DNA of 64,000 nt, taken from the IMG/VR virus record IMGVR_UViG_3300008261_003175; one strand, 5' to 3'. Under the pieces are notes generated by a model. The model was not told the DNA's origin, made no database searches, and was given only the letters and a program-made list of their open reading frames with translations. The position numbers and the translations under genes were made by a program. Shown piece after piece: positions 20,192 through 29,126 of this stretch; within the stretch, counting starts at the first letter, position 1; every line of letters starts with the position of its first letter. Source of the stretch: a virus.

Positions 20192-20542
20192 ATGGCGAAA
20201 AGAAAAACAGTAAGAGCGCTCTTCGATAATATACATGAACTAACCTCAGAAGAGATAGCAAAATCCCAACAACTCAAAGATCTGTTAAAGATGCAAGTGC
20301 CAGTATCTGTTTACGAGGCGCATCAAGGAAATAAACAATACGCAACAGTTTTCGAAATAAATGCGTCTGATAATTACATTGAAATTCCTAAAAAAGATTG
20401 GATCCCCGCAATAGAGACTTGCATAATGTGGTTTTTAGAATCAGAAGAATACGAGAAGTGCAGCAAGCTCAAAGAGATTATAGATCAGATTCAAAAAAAG
20501 GCTTCTAAAAAAATCACCGTTAAAACAGAAGACAATGAGTAA
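20192..20542 (+). CDS. Hypothetical protein with UVR (UvrB/C) coiled-coil motif
   Basis: EEYEKCSKLKEII. Confidence 0.6.
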   Translation: MAKRKTVRALFDNIHELTSEEIAKSQQLKDLLKMQVPVSVYEAHQGNKQYATVFEINASDNYIEIPKKDWIPAIETCIMWFLESEEYEKCSKLKEIIDQIQKKASKKITVKTEDNE

Positions 20543-20936
20543 CGATTTTAAGAATGTGCAAACAGCGATAGACGGTCTATTGAATATAAAATCTGTAGTT
20601 AGACGCAAAAAGAAAACTGAGCAGAACAAAAAGAAAGAGATGTTTATCCAAATAATAAGTGGTTTGGAAGAGGCGATAATCAGATCTAACATAGCGATGA
20701 TTGATTTTGGCTTGGACTATTCTACGTACGACGAAACATTCCTAAACGTTATAGATTCTCTGCTCTACATGAACTTCGGTAAAGACGCAGCAGAACTAAT
20801 ATCGTATTTCTTGTGGGATCGAGTGAATCCGGATGGCTCTATCAATCCGATATTCGACGAAGACGACAAAGAGATAGTATTGCAAGATGCTCACGAATTG
20901 TGGGAACTTCTCTGCAAGTTGAATCCTAAATTATAG
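20535..20936 (+). CDS. Hypothetical protein
   Basis: Overlapping operon ORF. Confidence 0.65.
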   Translation: MSNDFKNVQTAIDGLLNIKSVVRRKKKTEQNKKKEMFIQIISGLEEAIIRSNIAMIDFGLDYSTYDETFLNVIDSLLYMNFGKDAAELISYFLWDRVNPDGSINPIFDEDDKEIVLQDAHELWELLCKLNPKL

Positions 20937-20938
20937 TT

Positions 20939-21634
20939 ATGGCAAAACCATTCAGACACGACGGCTTCGCGTTCACAGAAGAGGACATACGTCAAGCCAT
21001 GTCGAAAACTCGCAGCAATGCAGAAGCTGCACGACATTTACAAGTACACATCACAACATATCAGAAATACGCCAAGAAGTATATAGATTCGCTGACAGGC
21101 AAGACTTTATGGGAATTGCATATGAATATATCTTCCAAAGGAATTCCTAAGAAATGGCAGACGGGTGAGCTCAAGGGAGATCTTGATAAGATGATGACTG
21201 AAAAACAATTAAACAATCCAAAGAGACTTGGAATGTTGAAATCGCTTCTCATGAAGGACGGCAGATTGGGGTACTGTTGCTCGGCTTGTGGTCACTCTGA
21301 ACGCAGACTCACAGACATGAAGCAACCGCTTATGATTGCATTCAACAACGGAGTGCGAACAGATTGGAGAATAGAGAATCTCAAGTGGCTTTGCTACAAT
21401 TGTTCATTCATATTGGGATTAGACTACTTCTCTAATCGCATGATACGAGACATCGAATCGTTTACAGAACACACAGAAGAAGCGCAGAAAGAAGTGCAGA
21501 ACTTCTACGCTCTCGATGATTTTTATATGGAGCATTTGTCTAAGCTCGGTCTTGACGATCGCGGCGATGTGATAGATAAAACGTCTACTCCAAAAACATA
21601 TGACGAAGGAGATGAATTTATAGATCGAATCTAG
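20939..21634 (+). CDS. HTH plus degenerate HNH/zinc-finger protein, probably catalytically inactive
   Basis: NAEAARHLQVHITTYQKY HTH; CSACG..ENLKWLCYNC; catalytic His region reads MIAF. Confidence 0.65.
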   Translation: MAKPFRHDGFAFTEEDIRQAMSKTRSNAEAARHLQVHITTYQKYAKKYIDSLTGKTLWELHMNISSKGIPKKWQTGELKGDLDKMMTEKQLNNPKRLGMLKSLLMKDGRLGYCCSACGHSERRLTDMKQPLMIAFNNGVRTDWRIENLKWLCYNCSFILGLDYFSNRMIRDIESFTEHTEEAQKEVQNFYALDDFYMEHLSKLGLDDRGDVIDKTSTPKTYDEGDEFIDRI

Positions 21635-21640
21635 AAATTT

Positions 21641-21830
21641 TATCAATCAGTTAGATATAAACTACTCTTTCCATACGCAACTCAATGATTATCAAAGCTT
21701 ACTAACCTGTTGGCATCCAACTCACTACATATATTATAAAAACGCATATATAAAGCGTTGGTTCTCCCAGAACTATTTTTAAAAATAATCGTAAAATAAT
21801 TTTTTTATGAACAGGAAAGCGGTAATTTTA
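21641..21830 (+). promoter_or_regulatory. Repeated early-promoter element, copy A
   Basis: TATCAATCAGTTA (IHF consensus) ... TAAAGCGTTGGTTCTCCC, TATTTTTAAAAATA dyad, T-tract, TAATTTTA box at 21823. Confidence 0.75.
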
Positions 21831-21877
21831 CAAAGTTACGTCGCAACTATATTGTTCACTTAAAAAAAATATATAAT

Positions 21878-22090
21878 ATGAGTAAGAAAAAAACCAAACA
21901 GTTGAAAACATTATCAGAATTGCCTAAAGATGAGTATATCGCAATGATGAAAGAATTGAATCCGGATCTTACTGATGCAGAGCTTGAAGACATGATTAAC
22001 GAACAAAGCAATATCTCGTTAGAAGAGCCCATGTACGCAGAATACGATTCGTTAGACGACGACTTTATCGATTATGGAAACGACTATTAA
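21878..22090 (+). CDS. Small acidic early protein
   Basis: First ORF after promoter copy A. Confidence 0.65.
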   Translation: MSKKKTKQLKTLSELPKDEYIAMMKELNPDLTDAELEDMINEQSNISLEEPMYAEYDSLDDDFIDYGNDY

Positions 22091-22110
22091 TAAAATCAAA
22101 AATAAAATTT

Positions 22111-22341
22111 ATGGCAATTAAAAACAAAAAAGAAAGATTAGAAAAAATGGTAATTGATTTGACAGGACCCGATGGCAATGCGTTTGTCTTATTAGGCATA
22201 GCAAGTAAATTAGGAAAGCAACTTGGATTAGATCAAGAACAACGCGAAGAAATTCGTATTGAAATGACGAGTGGAGATTATGAGAATCTTATAAAAGTAT
22301 TTGATGAGAATTTTGGTGATTATGTTGATTTGGAAAGATAA
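22111..22341 (+). CDS. Conserved small phage protein
   Basis: IDLTGPDGNAF..SGDYENL..F motif, recalled from other phage proteins. Confidence 0.75.
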   Translation: MAIKNKKERLEKMVIDLTGPDGNAFVLLGIASKLGKQLGLDQEQREEIRIEMTSGDYENLIKVFDENFGDYVDLER

Positions 22342-22366
22342 TTAAAATAAATTAAAACAAAAAACT

Positions 22367-22801
22367 ATGTTAGCAATTGAAGATTTGTTAGGAAAAACTG
22401 AAGCTCAAGTAAAAGAGCACATCGCATACAATTACTGCGAAGATCCATATGAAGCTGAATCAAGAAAAGTAGTGCAAGAGCGGTTAGAAAAGCTTGATGT
22501 ACTCGTAGCTTACGAATCAGTTGGCAGTTGGGGTTGCGACTCTACTTCGTTCTTTGTGCTCAAAGACAAAGAGACTGGTAAGTTGTACGAGATGCATGGA
22601 TCACATTGTTCGTGTTACGGTTTCGAAGGTCAATACGGTTTAGAAGAGACTACCGTGGAAGCACTTAAGTCTCGAGTAAAGAACGCGAGAAGTCGCAATC
22701 AAGAAGATGAAGACGAGCACGCTATATTCTCTGTAGGCGGATATGATAGCGATGCGACCAATAACGCAAGAATAGTCAACAATTACATTAACAGTTTATA
22801 A
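22367..22801 (+). CDS. Hypothetical phage protein
   Basis: YEMHGSHCSCYGFEGQ motif; A-rich start context. Confidence 0.7.
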   Translation: MLAIEDLLGKTEAQVKEHIAYNYCEDPYEAESRKVVQERLEKLDVLVAYESVGSWGCDSTSFFVLKDKETGKLYEMHGSHCSCYGFEGQYGLEETTVEALKSRVKNARSRNQEDEDEHAIFSVGGYDSDATNNARIVNNYINSL

Positions 22802-22821
22802 TTAAAAACAAAATTAAAGTT

Positions 22822-23127
22822 ATGAAAGCAACATTCAAATCAATAGGAGAAACATCATTCCATGATTCAGTAGTTAGTGAAACTTTAGCAAATTTAATAT
22901 CTGTATTAGGCGAACCAAATTACTCAGGTAATGATGGCGAAGACAAAGTCAATTTTGAGTGGGAAATGGAAACCGAAGACGGAACTGTGTTCACAGTATA
23001 TGACTGGAAAGAATACAGATCAATATCAGATCACGAAGTAGTAGAGTGGCATATTGGAGGAAAAAGTAGATCTGACACTGAAAAAGCTAGACAAGAAATA
23101 TTCAACGCATTATTCAATAAAAAATAA
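22822..23127 (+). CDS. Conserved phage protein
   Basis: LGEP..DKV..EW..FTVYDWK..WHIGG; AAAGTTATG start. Confidence 0.75.
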   Translation: MKATFKSIGETSFHDSVVSETLANLISVLGEPNYSGNDGEDKVNFEWEMETEDGTVFTVYDWKEYRSISDHEVVEWHIGGKSRSDTEKARQEIFNALFNKK

Positions 23128-23132
23128 AAGTT

Positions 23133-23393
23133 TTGAACCACTATCAAATAACAGCATTCACAAATAAAATAAAACAAGACATGAAGCATAAAACAAATCG
23201 TCAGATTATGACAAAAGCAATTAAAGAATTGAGTGATATTGACTTGGTATTCTTTCGTGAACGTATGCTCGCATCATGCGATGATGTGCTAAACAATAAA
23301 GATAAATTCATAAAAGACATGCAATTCGGTGTAGTATCTCCTCATTTAATAATCGAGTGCATGATGAACATAAAAGAAAAAATAGATTTCTAA
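23133..23393 (+). CDS. Hypothetical protein (TTG start in AAAAGTT context, or ATG 23181)
   Basis: Start context. Confidence 0.55.
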   Translation: MNHYQITAFTNKIKQDMKHKTNRQIMTKAIKELSDIDLVFFRERMLASCDDVLNNKDKFIKDMQFGVVSPHLIIECMMNIKEKIDF

Positions 23394-23453
23394 CACTTGT
23401 ACTTGAAATTTTATAATCTCAAAAATATAGATTACATTTATAAAATAATAGTT

Positions 23454-23732
23454 ATGAAACACATAAAAATACAAAAATCCTCTTATCCAACAAAACAAAT
23501 ATCATACAATCAATGGTGTAAGAAGTTTAAGGTTGGATCAAGAATTGACAAATCTAAGCTAACTAGTTTTTATGCTGACGGCGAATACGATCACAATAAA
23601 TTCATTAAAATGATAAATAATTATGGACAAAACAAACAACGACAAAATATTTTGCAGCAAATCAGCGAAGCACTTCTTACACTATGTAAAGGGCAAGTGC
23701 AGAAAGCACGGAATAAAATTAGTATTGCGTGA
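23454..23732 (+). CDS. Hypothetical protein
   Basis: AGTTATG start after TACATTTA box (23433-23440). Confidence 0.55.
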   Translation: MKHIKIQKSSYPTKQISYNQWCKKFKVGSRIDKSKLTSFYADGEYDHNKFIKMINNYGQNKQRQNILQQISEALLTLCKGQVQKARNKISIA

Positions 23733-24246
23733 AGTAGGTTACTTGAAACTAGACGGAAACATTAAGTGTTCAGGATATTTCGATGATGAAGGCGGAATGC
23801 TTGTAGTCGCTATGAAGTCTCCGCTTGCTTTAGAAATACTAGTTCACGAGTTTGGACATCTCACTCAATACGTAGACAATTGTAAACCATGGAGAAACTT
23901 GGGTAACAGCCTCGATAAGATGACTGATTGGTTGCAAGGCAAAGACATTAGAAATACTGACAAGTATATAAATGCCGCTAGAGATATGGAACTTGATAAC
24001 GAGAAGAGATCAGTGCAAATAATCAAAGATTTCGGTCTAGACATTGACATAGATTCTTACATAAAGAGAGCGAACAGTTACGTATATTTTTATAACTGGA
24101 TGAAGACCACAAGACGCTGGTCATCGCCAAACAATTCGCCTTATAAGAACAAAGCTTTACTAGAGGTTATGCCTAAAACATTCCAGAAGAGCTACAGAAC
24201 GATACCAAAAAGAATAGCTAAAGTATTCAAACAAGAACAAATCTAA
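23623..24246 (+). CDS. Zincin-like metallopeptidase-domain protein
   Basis: ILVHEFGHLTQ (HExxH) ... ELDNE. Confidence 0.7.
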   Translation: MDKTNNDKIFCSKSAKHFLHYVKGKCRKHGIKLVLREVGYLKLDGNIKCSGYFDDEGGMLVVAMKSPLALEILVHEFGHLTQYVDNCKPWRNLGNSLDKMTDWLQGKDIRNTDKYINAARDMELDNEKRSVQIIKDFGLDIDIDSYIKRANSYVYFYNWMKTTRRWSSPNNSPYKNKALLEVMPKTFQKSYRTIPKRIAKVFKQEQI

Positions 24247-24247
24247 C

Positions 24248-24631
24248 ATGAAAAAAATCACTAGGTTTCACGCAGTCAAGATATTGGAATGGTGCAAGAA
24301 AAGATACGGAAGAGGCGTGAAGCCCTATCCTATTCTTGAATTTAGAAAGCCTAATTACCTCAATGGAGAGTACGCGCAAGGAGAATATGATTACGAGGAA
24401 GACATGATATACGTTAACAGTCAGATGCATGATGCACTGGACGAATTGGCCGACACAATAATACACGAGTATGTTCATTATAGATACCATGCAAAAAGCA
24501 CTTACTATCAATTGGACAGAGATTACAATCACGACGATCATCCAATGGAGAAGCAAGCAGAATCAATAGCGAACAGAGATAAAAAAAAGTGTGTGCAAGA
24601 GCTGAAAAAATACTTCATTCAATTTAATTAA
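24248..24631 (+). CDS. Minimal zincin/SprT-like metallopeptidase
   Basis: GEY..IYVN..TIIHEYVH..HPMEKQA. Confidence 0.72.
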   Translation: MKKITRFHAVKILEWCKKRYGRGVKPYPILEFRKPNYLNGEYAQGEYDYEEDMIYVNSQMHDALDELADTIIHEYVHYRYHAKSTYYQLDRDYNHDDHPMEKQAESIANRDKKKCVQELKKYFIQFN

Positions 24632-24659
24632 TAATTTATAAACATATTTATTGTCAGGT

Positions 24660-24872
24660 ATGAAAACTTATATAGCATTAGACGAAATCGCAAAGAAGTC
24701 AATACCTAAAGGAAACCACCCTTTATTGAGAGTCAATAGCCAAGAAGCTTGGGTTAAATTGATCTTAGACATGTTCGCTAAAGATCAAATAAAACCGACA
24801 GCTGCAAACATTAAAAAACTCTCTGAGTGTTGGGAAACTTTATTATATAATCACTATAGCTCGTTAAATTAA
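24660..24872 (+). CDS. Hypothetical protein
   Basis: ATATTTAT at 24644-24651 upstream. Confidence 0.55.
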   Translation: MKTYIALDEIAKKSIPKGNHPLLRVNSQEAWVKLILDMFAKDQIKPTAANIKKLSECWETLLYNHYSSLN

Positions 24873-24874
24873 AG

Positions 24875-25189
24875 ATGACACTATTACAAATCGGAGGAAT
24901 CAACTTTTCATCTGTTGCTACCCAATATGGAATTTTAGGAATCTTAGCGGTACTACTCGGTTACTTCGCTTGGAATACCTACAGTAAAATATCCAAAAAG
25001 AACGATGAAGATTATCAAAGATTGTTGAAGAAGAACGAAGAGTTGGAACAGGAAGTTGCAGATCTAAGAGAAGAAATGATGTCGTTGATAGTGGAAGAGA
25101 GAAACAGAATGGCTGATCTAGTAAAAGCCAACACTGAAGCGTTAACAGAATTACGCAGAACAATAACAGACTACATGCTAAAGAAGTAG
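24875..25189 (+). CDS. Single-TM plus coiled-coil membrane protein, possible BhlA-like holin
   Basis: QYGILGILAVLLGYFAW then a long coiled coil. Confidence 0.45.
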   Translation: MTLLQIGGINFSSVATQYGILGILAVLLGYFAWNTYSKISKKNDEDYQRLLKKNEELEQEVADLREEMMSLIVEERNRMADLVKANTEALTELRRTITDYMLKK

Positions 25190-25191
25190 CT

Positions 25192-25482
25192 ATGAATAAA
25201 ACGGCATCTATGCTATCTAAGATGGCTGACAAATTACTAAAGTCAGCAGATAAAGCAGATGCCTACGCTCAGTCTCAAACCAAATACAAAAGAATAAAGC
25301 TTCTACACGAAGCGATGACTGAGAGATACAAATTCTATATCACGCACAGAGAAAAGTTCATACACGCAGATCAAGTCAAGATCGATATCGAACAAGTAAA
25401 GAAGCTCGAAAAGAAGCTTACGCTTACCCCCATCGAAGACACATCATTAAATAGATTATTTGCTAAATATAAGATCGACTGA
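25192..25482 (+). CDS. Hypothetical protein
   Basis: Operon ORF. Confidence 0.6.
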   Translation: MNKTASMLSKMADKLLKSADKADAYAQSQTKYKRIKLLHEAMTERYKFYITHREKFIHADQVKIDIEQVKKLEKKLTLTPIEDTSLNRLFAKYKID

Positions 25483-25483
25483 G

Positions 25484-25597
25484 CCAATCAGTTATGTATA
25501 ACGATTTTATATATGTGTAACTGCTTGGTTCTCCCTGAAGTATTTTTGAAAATAGTTGCTAAATAATTTTTTTGTTAGCCAAAAAGCGGTACTTTTA
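25484..25597 (+). promoter_or_regulatory. Repeated early-promoter element, copy B
   Basis: Inverted CCAATCAGTTA/TAACTGCTTGG; 25525-25576 identical to 28132-28183 (52 bp); TACTTTTA at 25590. Confidence 0.8.
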
Positions 25598-25647
25598 CAC
25601 TGTTGCCGCCATTCAGGAGGTAATATTAACAAAAAAAATAATAAGTT

Positions 25648-26433
25648 ATGACGAAGTTGAATTACAAAAATGCTGCTCAAGCTAAACGCGAAACTGGACT
25701 TTCTTACATCGGTGCTGTTAACTCAAGCGCTAAGATACTCAAAAACGAAAAATACAACGAACTTACGTATATTATCTATTTGGCACCCGCCAACCTGAGC
25801 GGATACGAGGTGTGCCCGATGCGTACGGAAGAATGTACGAATGCATGCTTATTCGGTAGCGGTCAAGTTATCATGGATAAAACAAATCGTATCGTTGAAT
25901 CTCGTATCAAGAAAACTCAAATGTTTTTCACTAATCGCGACTACTTCATGTCGTGGGTAATTAAAGAGATCGAACAAGCCAAAGCAAAAGCTGAGAAGAA
26001 GCAAATGAAATTCTCAGTACGTTTGAATGGTACTTCTGATCTTGAGCCGACACTGTTTAAACACAATGGCTTAACGTTATTCGAAATATTTCCAGACATA
26101 CAATTCTACGACTACACTAAAGTGCCTAAGCGTTTCAGATTATTAGAGAAGCATAGCAACTACGATCTTACGTTCAGTTATTCTGGACACAACTGGTCTG
26201 CATGCGAAGAGATACTCGATAACAAATCTGGTCGTGTGGCTGTCGTATTCGAAAAGAATTTACCTGAAACTTACAAAGGCTATAAAGTTGTTGACGGAGA
26301 TGCATACGATATGCGATACGTAGATGAACAAGGCGTGATCGTTGGCTTGAAGTTCAAACGTGTAAAGAACAAAGTAGAGAAGACTAACAACGCATTCATC
26401 GTAGCGATAGACGATATTAACAGAAATAAATAA
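25648..26433 (+). CDS. GP88-like, radical-SAM-related Fe-S phage protein
   Basis: VCPMRTEECTNACL (CxxxxxxCxxxC), RLNGTSD, FYDYTK, DGDAYDMR. Confidence 0.75.
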   Translation: MTKLNYKNAAQAKRETGLSYIGAVNSSAKILKNEKYNELTYIIYLAPANLSGYEVCPMRTEECTNACLFGSGQVIMDKTNRIVESRIKKTQMFFTNRDYFMSWVIKEIEQAKAKAEKKQMKFSVRLNGTSDLEPTLFKHNGLTLFEIFPDIQFYDYTKVPKRFRLLEKHSNYDLTFSYSGHNWSACEEILDNKSGRVAVVFEKNLPETYKGYKVVDGDAYDMRYVDEQGVIVGLKFKRVKNKVEKTNNAFIVAIDDINRNK

Positions 26434-26438
26434 AAAAT

Positions 26439-26573
26439 ATGAAAATGAAATTACAAGACTTAAAATGTTGGGACTTTATGTATTACATAGGTCACCTAGT
26501 AGATTTGGACGGAAACGATTGGGTAGATGAAGAGACCGCAATCAAAGTATTAGAAAAAATTAATCAAAAATAA
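26439..26573 (+). CDS. Small hypothetical protein (44 aa, not in ORF track)
   Basis: Read by eye; A-rich start context. Confidence 0.5.
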   Translation: MKMKLQDLKCWDFMYYIGHLVDLDGNDWVDEETAIKVLEKINQK

Positions 26574-26585
26574 AAAACAAAAGTT

Positions 26586-26696
26586 ATGAAAAGATCAGAC
26601 AAAATTATCACAGCGTTAATCGCGACAATCATTTGCTCAAGTGTAATAGCAGTAGCCACCGCAATGGCATGGACATTAGCAATCATTTTCGCGTAA
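26586..26696 (+). CDS. Small single-TM protein (36 aa, not in ORF track)
   Basis: AAAAGTTATG start; hydrophobic. Confidence 0.55.
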   Translation: MKRSDKIITALIATIICSSVIAVATAMAWTLAIIFA

Positions 26697-26715
26697 TCAA
26701 AAAAAAATTAAAGTT

Positions 26716-27222
26716 ATGACAACAAGACAATTTGCAGAATTACAACGTCAAACAGACGTAATCGAAACGCATGATAAAAACATGCAAGTTAACAAAGCAG
26801 TAGAGCTATTCGTAGAAACAATTGTGTTAGAGTTTATAGACATAGATGAAGAGCCTACAAGATGGCACGATCTCTATTCTAAAGAGTGCGAGTTATTCGG
26901 TATCATGAGTAAGTTCGATAAGTCTCAATCTGCTGAGTACAAGAAGAGAATTGCGAAAGAGGCTTTCAAGTGGAGAATAGCCAAAGTAAAAGGCTTTTTT
27001 TGTCTGAACGAGAATCACGAGTTCAACGACGAAGGACATGGCTATATCGATACACAAATTGAATGGGGTGGCACAAGAGTCAATGCAATTATTTACAGAA
27101 AAGTTGATCGTCAGCCAGAATTTTTTGTAGATCTTTACGACGGAAACAGAAGTCGAGAATCTAGGATTGATGCTGAAAAAGACATGGAAGAAAGATTTCA
27201 CAAATACATTTCAAATCAGTAA
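26716..27222 (+). CDS. Hypothetical protein
   Basis: AAAGTTATG start. Confidence 0.65.
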   Translation: MTTRQFAELQRQTDVIETHDKNMQVNKAVELFVETIVLEFIDIDEEPTRWHDLYSKECELFGIMSKFDKSQSAEYKKRIAKEAFKWRIAKVKGFFCLNENHEFNDEGHGYIDTQIEWGGTRVNAIIYRKVDRQPEFFVDLYDGNRSRESRIDAEKDMEERFHKYISNQ

Positions 27223-27241
27223 ATTTAAAAAAATAAAAGTT

Positions 27242-27445
27242 ATGAAATATCAATTTTCAATTCAGAACGACAGAATCAAATTCCTTATGAGTGAGTTAGG
27301 AGAAAAAATGTCTATCATTAAACAAGACGATTCATGGACAAGAGTAGAAGTTACGATAGAAGAAAATATAGACGTGTTGAAAGTATTCCATGCTGGTTGC
27401 AGATCAGGAATAGAAGCAATGATGCCAGCTAACATGAAAGATTAA
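27242..27445 (+). CDS. Hypothetical protein
   Basis: AAAAGTTATG start at 27242 (track start 27167 is too long). Confidence 0.6.
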   Translation: MKYQFSIQNDRIKFLMSELGEKMSIIKQDDSWTRVEVTIEENIDVLKVFHAGCRSGIEAMMPANMKD

Positions 27446-27536
27446 ACTTTCATTACTTAAAAAATAAACTTTTATAATTAAAAAGAGTTTCTTATATTTA
27501 CTATATAACAATTAACAATTAAACAAAAAACACGTT

Positions 27537-27803
27537 ATGAAAAAAACAAACAGCACACCGAAGAGCAATCGTCCTTCAACTTACACTAAGTTGACTTACA
27601 TTCAAAAAGTTAGTCGTATCAACCGTCGCTTACGCACTGGCGATATTAGTCGTATCGCTGACGAAACTGGTTACTCTTCAACTCACGTATCTGACGTAGT
27701 TAGTGGTAAGTACTTCAACGATTCTATCGTTAACAAAGCTTACGATATGACTCGTAGCCGTGTATCGAATGCGGTTAAGTTGAGCAAGTTGGCCAACGCG
27801 TAA
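27537..27803 (+). CDS. Basic HTH DNA-binding protein
   Basis: DISRIADETGYSSTHVSDVVSG HTH; own promoter and terminator; CGT/ACT/TCT-rich codons. Confidence 0.7.
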   Translation: MKKTNSTPKSNRPSTYTKLTYIQKVSRINRRLRTGDISRIADETGYSSTHVSDVVSGKYFNDSIVNKAYDMTRSRVSNAVKLSKLANA

Positions 27804-27847
27804 TCTCTCTCATCTTTATTATTTGAAGCGATACTAAAGCTTCACTC

Positions 27848-27903
27848 AAGATCAGTTATCTGTAACGGTTTATCTAAGCCAACACAATAGCTGATCTTTT
27901 TTT
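27848..27903 (+). terminator. Long intrinsic terminator-like hairpin
   Basis: AAGATCAGTTAT...ATAGCTGATCTT followed by T-run; inner GGTTT/AAGCC stem. Confidence 0.7.
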
Positions 27904-28015
27904 ATATGTTCAAATTCACATGGAAAATAATCGTAATATCCTCACAATATACAGATATATGCCACAATAGAAAGTGCATCGAGAGCTCACCCAGTGCTGA
28001 CCATTCAGCTCAAAG

Positions 28016-28080
28016 GGGGCCTGCCAATAGGCTAACATAGGGGCCTACCCCAATACACATCCCACGGGGCCCTACCCAAC
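28016..28080 (+). repeat. Three GC-rich direct repeats GGGGCC(C)T(A/G)CC(C)(C)AA
   Basis: Copies at 28016, 28040 and 28066. Confidence 0.6.
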
Positions 28081-28205
28081 AGATTAGTTACCAAAAAGAT
28101 ATATATTCACTGAAAAAATATACATAAAGCGTTGGTTCTCCCTGAAGTATTTTTGAAAATAGTTGCTAAATAATTTTTTTGTTTGAAACAGTCGTCGTAC
28201 ATTTA
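28075..28205 (+). promoter_or_regulatory. Repeated early-promoter element, copy C
   Basis: TAAAGCGTTGGTTCTCCCTGAAGTATTTTTGAAAATAG..T7..TACATTTA (28198). Confidence 0.8.
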
Positions 28206-28251
28206 CCCTATAACGATAAACAAATAACTAAACAACTAAAAAAAACATAAT

Positions 28252-28608
28252 ATGAACAAAGTAACAACTTACAACGACGCTATCTGGAGTACTTCATCTC
28301 AAGAGCAAACAGTTTATTTGCCAAAATCAGCTACAAAGCTTACTGAGAAAGCTTCTAGTGGTACACACGTAGAGTACGTAGACTTCTTCGGTAAGAAGCA
28401 AATTATCCCGTGTCGTACGAACAAACAGCTTAAAGAAGCGATGCAATTCTTGGCAATGTTCAAACGTGAAGCTGCTACGATCAATCAGATCTGTGCTCAG
28501 TACAACGTTAAGAACGGTAAGTTTCAGAACTTATCTAAGCTTAAGCAACAGCTTAAAGATGCTGGTCTTACTGCTGCAGCTGTTAATCGTTTGACAGCTA
28601 TTAAATAA
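28252..28608 (+). CDS. Hypothetical basic protein, probably highly expressed early
   Basis: First gene after promoter C; biased codons; terminator follows. Confidence 0.7.
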   Translation: MNKVTTYNDAIWSTSSQEQTVYLPKSATKLTEKASSGTHVEYVDFFGKKQIIPCRTNKQLKEAMQFLAMFKREAATINQICAQYNVKNGKFQNLSKLKQQLKDAGLTAAAVNRLTAIK

Positions 28609-28611
28609 TTC

Positions 28612-28635
28612 AAGTGGCTAAATGCCACTTTTTTT
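28612..28635 (+). terminator. Intrinsic terminator
   Basis: AAGTGGC-TAAAT-GCCACTT + T-run. Confidence 0.8.
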
Positions 28636-28668
28636 ATTATCTAATCTAATCAAATTAAAATAAAAGTT

Positions 28669-28890
28669 ATGAACACAATCAATTATTACATAGATATTAA
28701 TTTCATTGACAGATCACAAGAGATCGAAGATGCATTCTCACCTACGTTAGAAGATATTAAGAACGATCCAGAATTTTACGCAGAGTTGGTTAACGATCTT
28801 ATGTTTCATTGGATGCACGGTACAAAAGAAACACCATTGATGGTTATGGCTAAACAAAACTATAAAATAGGCATAGGCGAATCTAAATAA
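28669..28890 (+). CDS. Hypothetical protein
   Basis: AAAAGTTATG start. Confidence 0.65.
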   Translation: MNTINYYIDINFIDRSQEIEDAFSPTLEDIKNDPEFYAELVNDLMFHWMHGTKETPLMVMAKQNYKIGIGESK

Positions 28891-28908
28891 TTAATCAAAA
28901 TAAAAGTT

Positions 28909-29112
28909 ATGTATACATACACAAAAAGAGAATTACAGAATTTAGAAACTATCGAACAATCATGGGACGGAGCCGAATTGAAGATCGAAGACGGCGAAAT
29001 TAAAGTGTGGTTGGTACCACGCGAGAATCGTGGATACGACGGAGACTATCAAGTTGAAACTCAAGATGCCACTGGCCGATGGATCACTAAAAATTATTAT
29101 TTCGAACAATAA
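28909..29112 (+). CDS. Hypothetical protein
   Basis: AAAAGTTATG start. Confidence 0.65.
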   Translation: MYTYTKRELQNLETIEQSWDGAELKIEDGEIKVWLVPRENRGYDGDYQVETQDATGRWITKNYYFEQ

Positions 29113-29126
29113 AAACTAAACTTACT

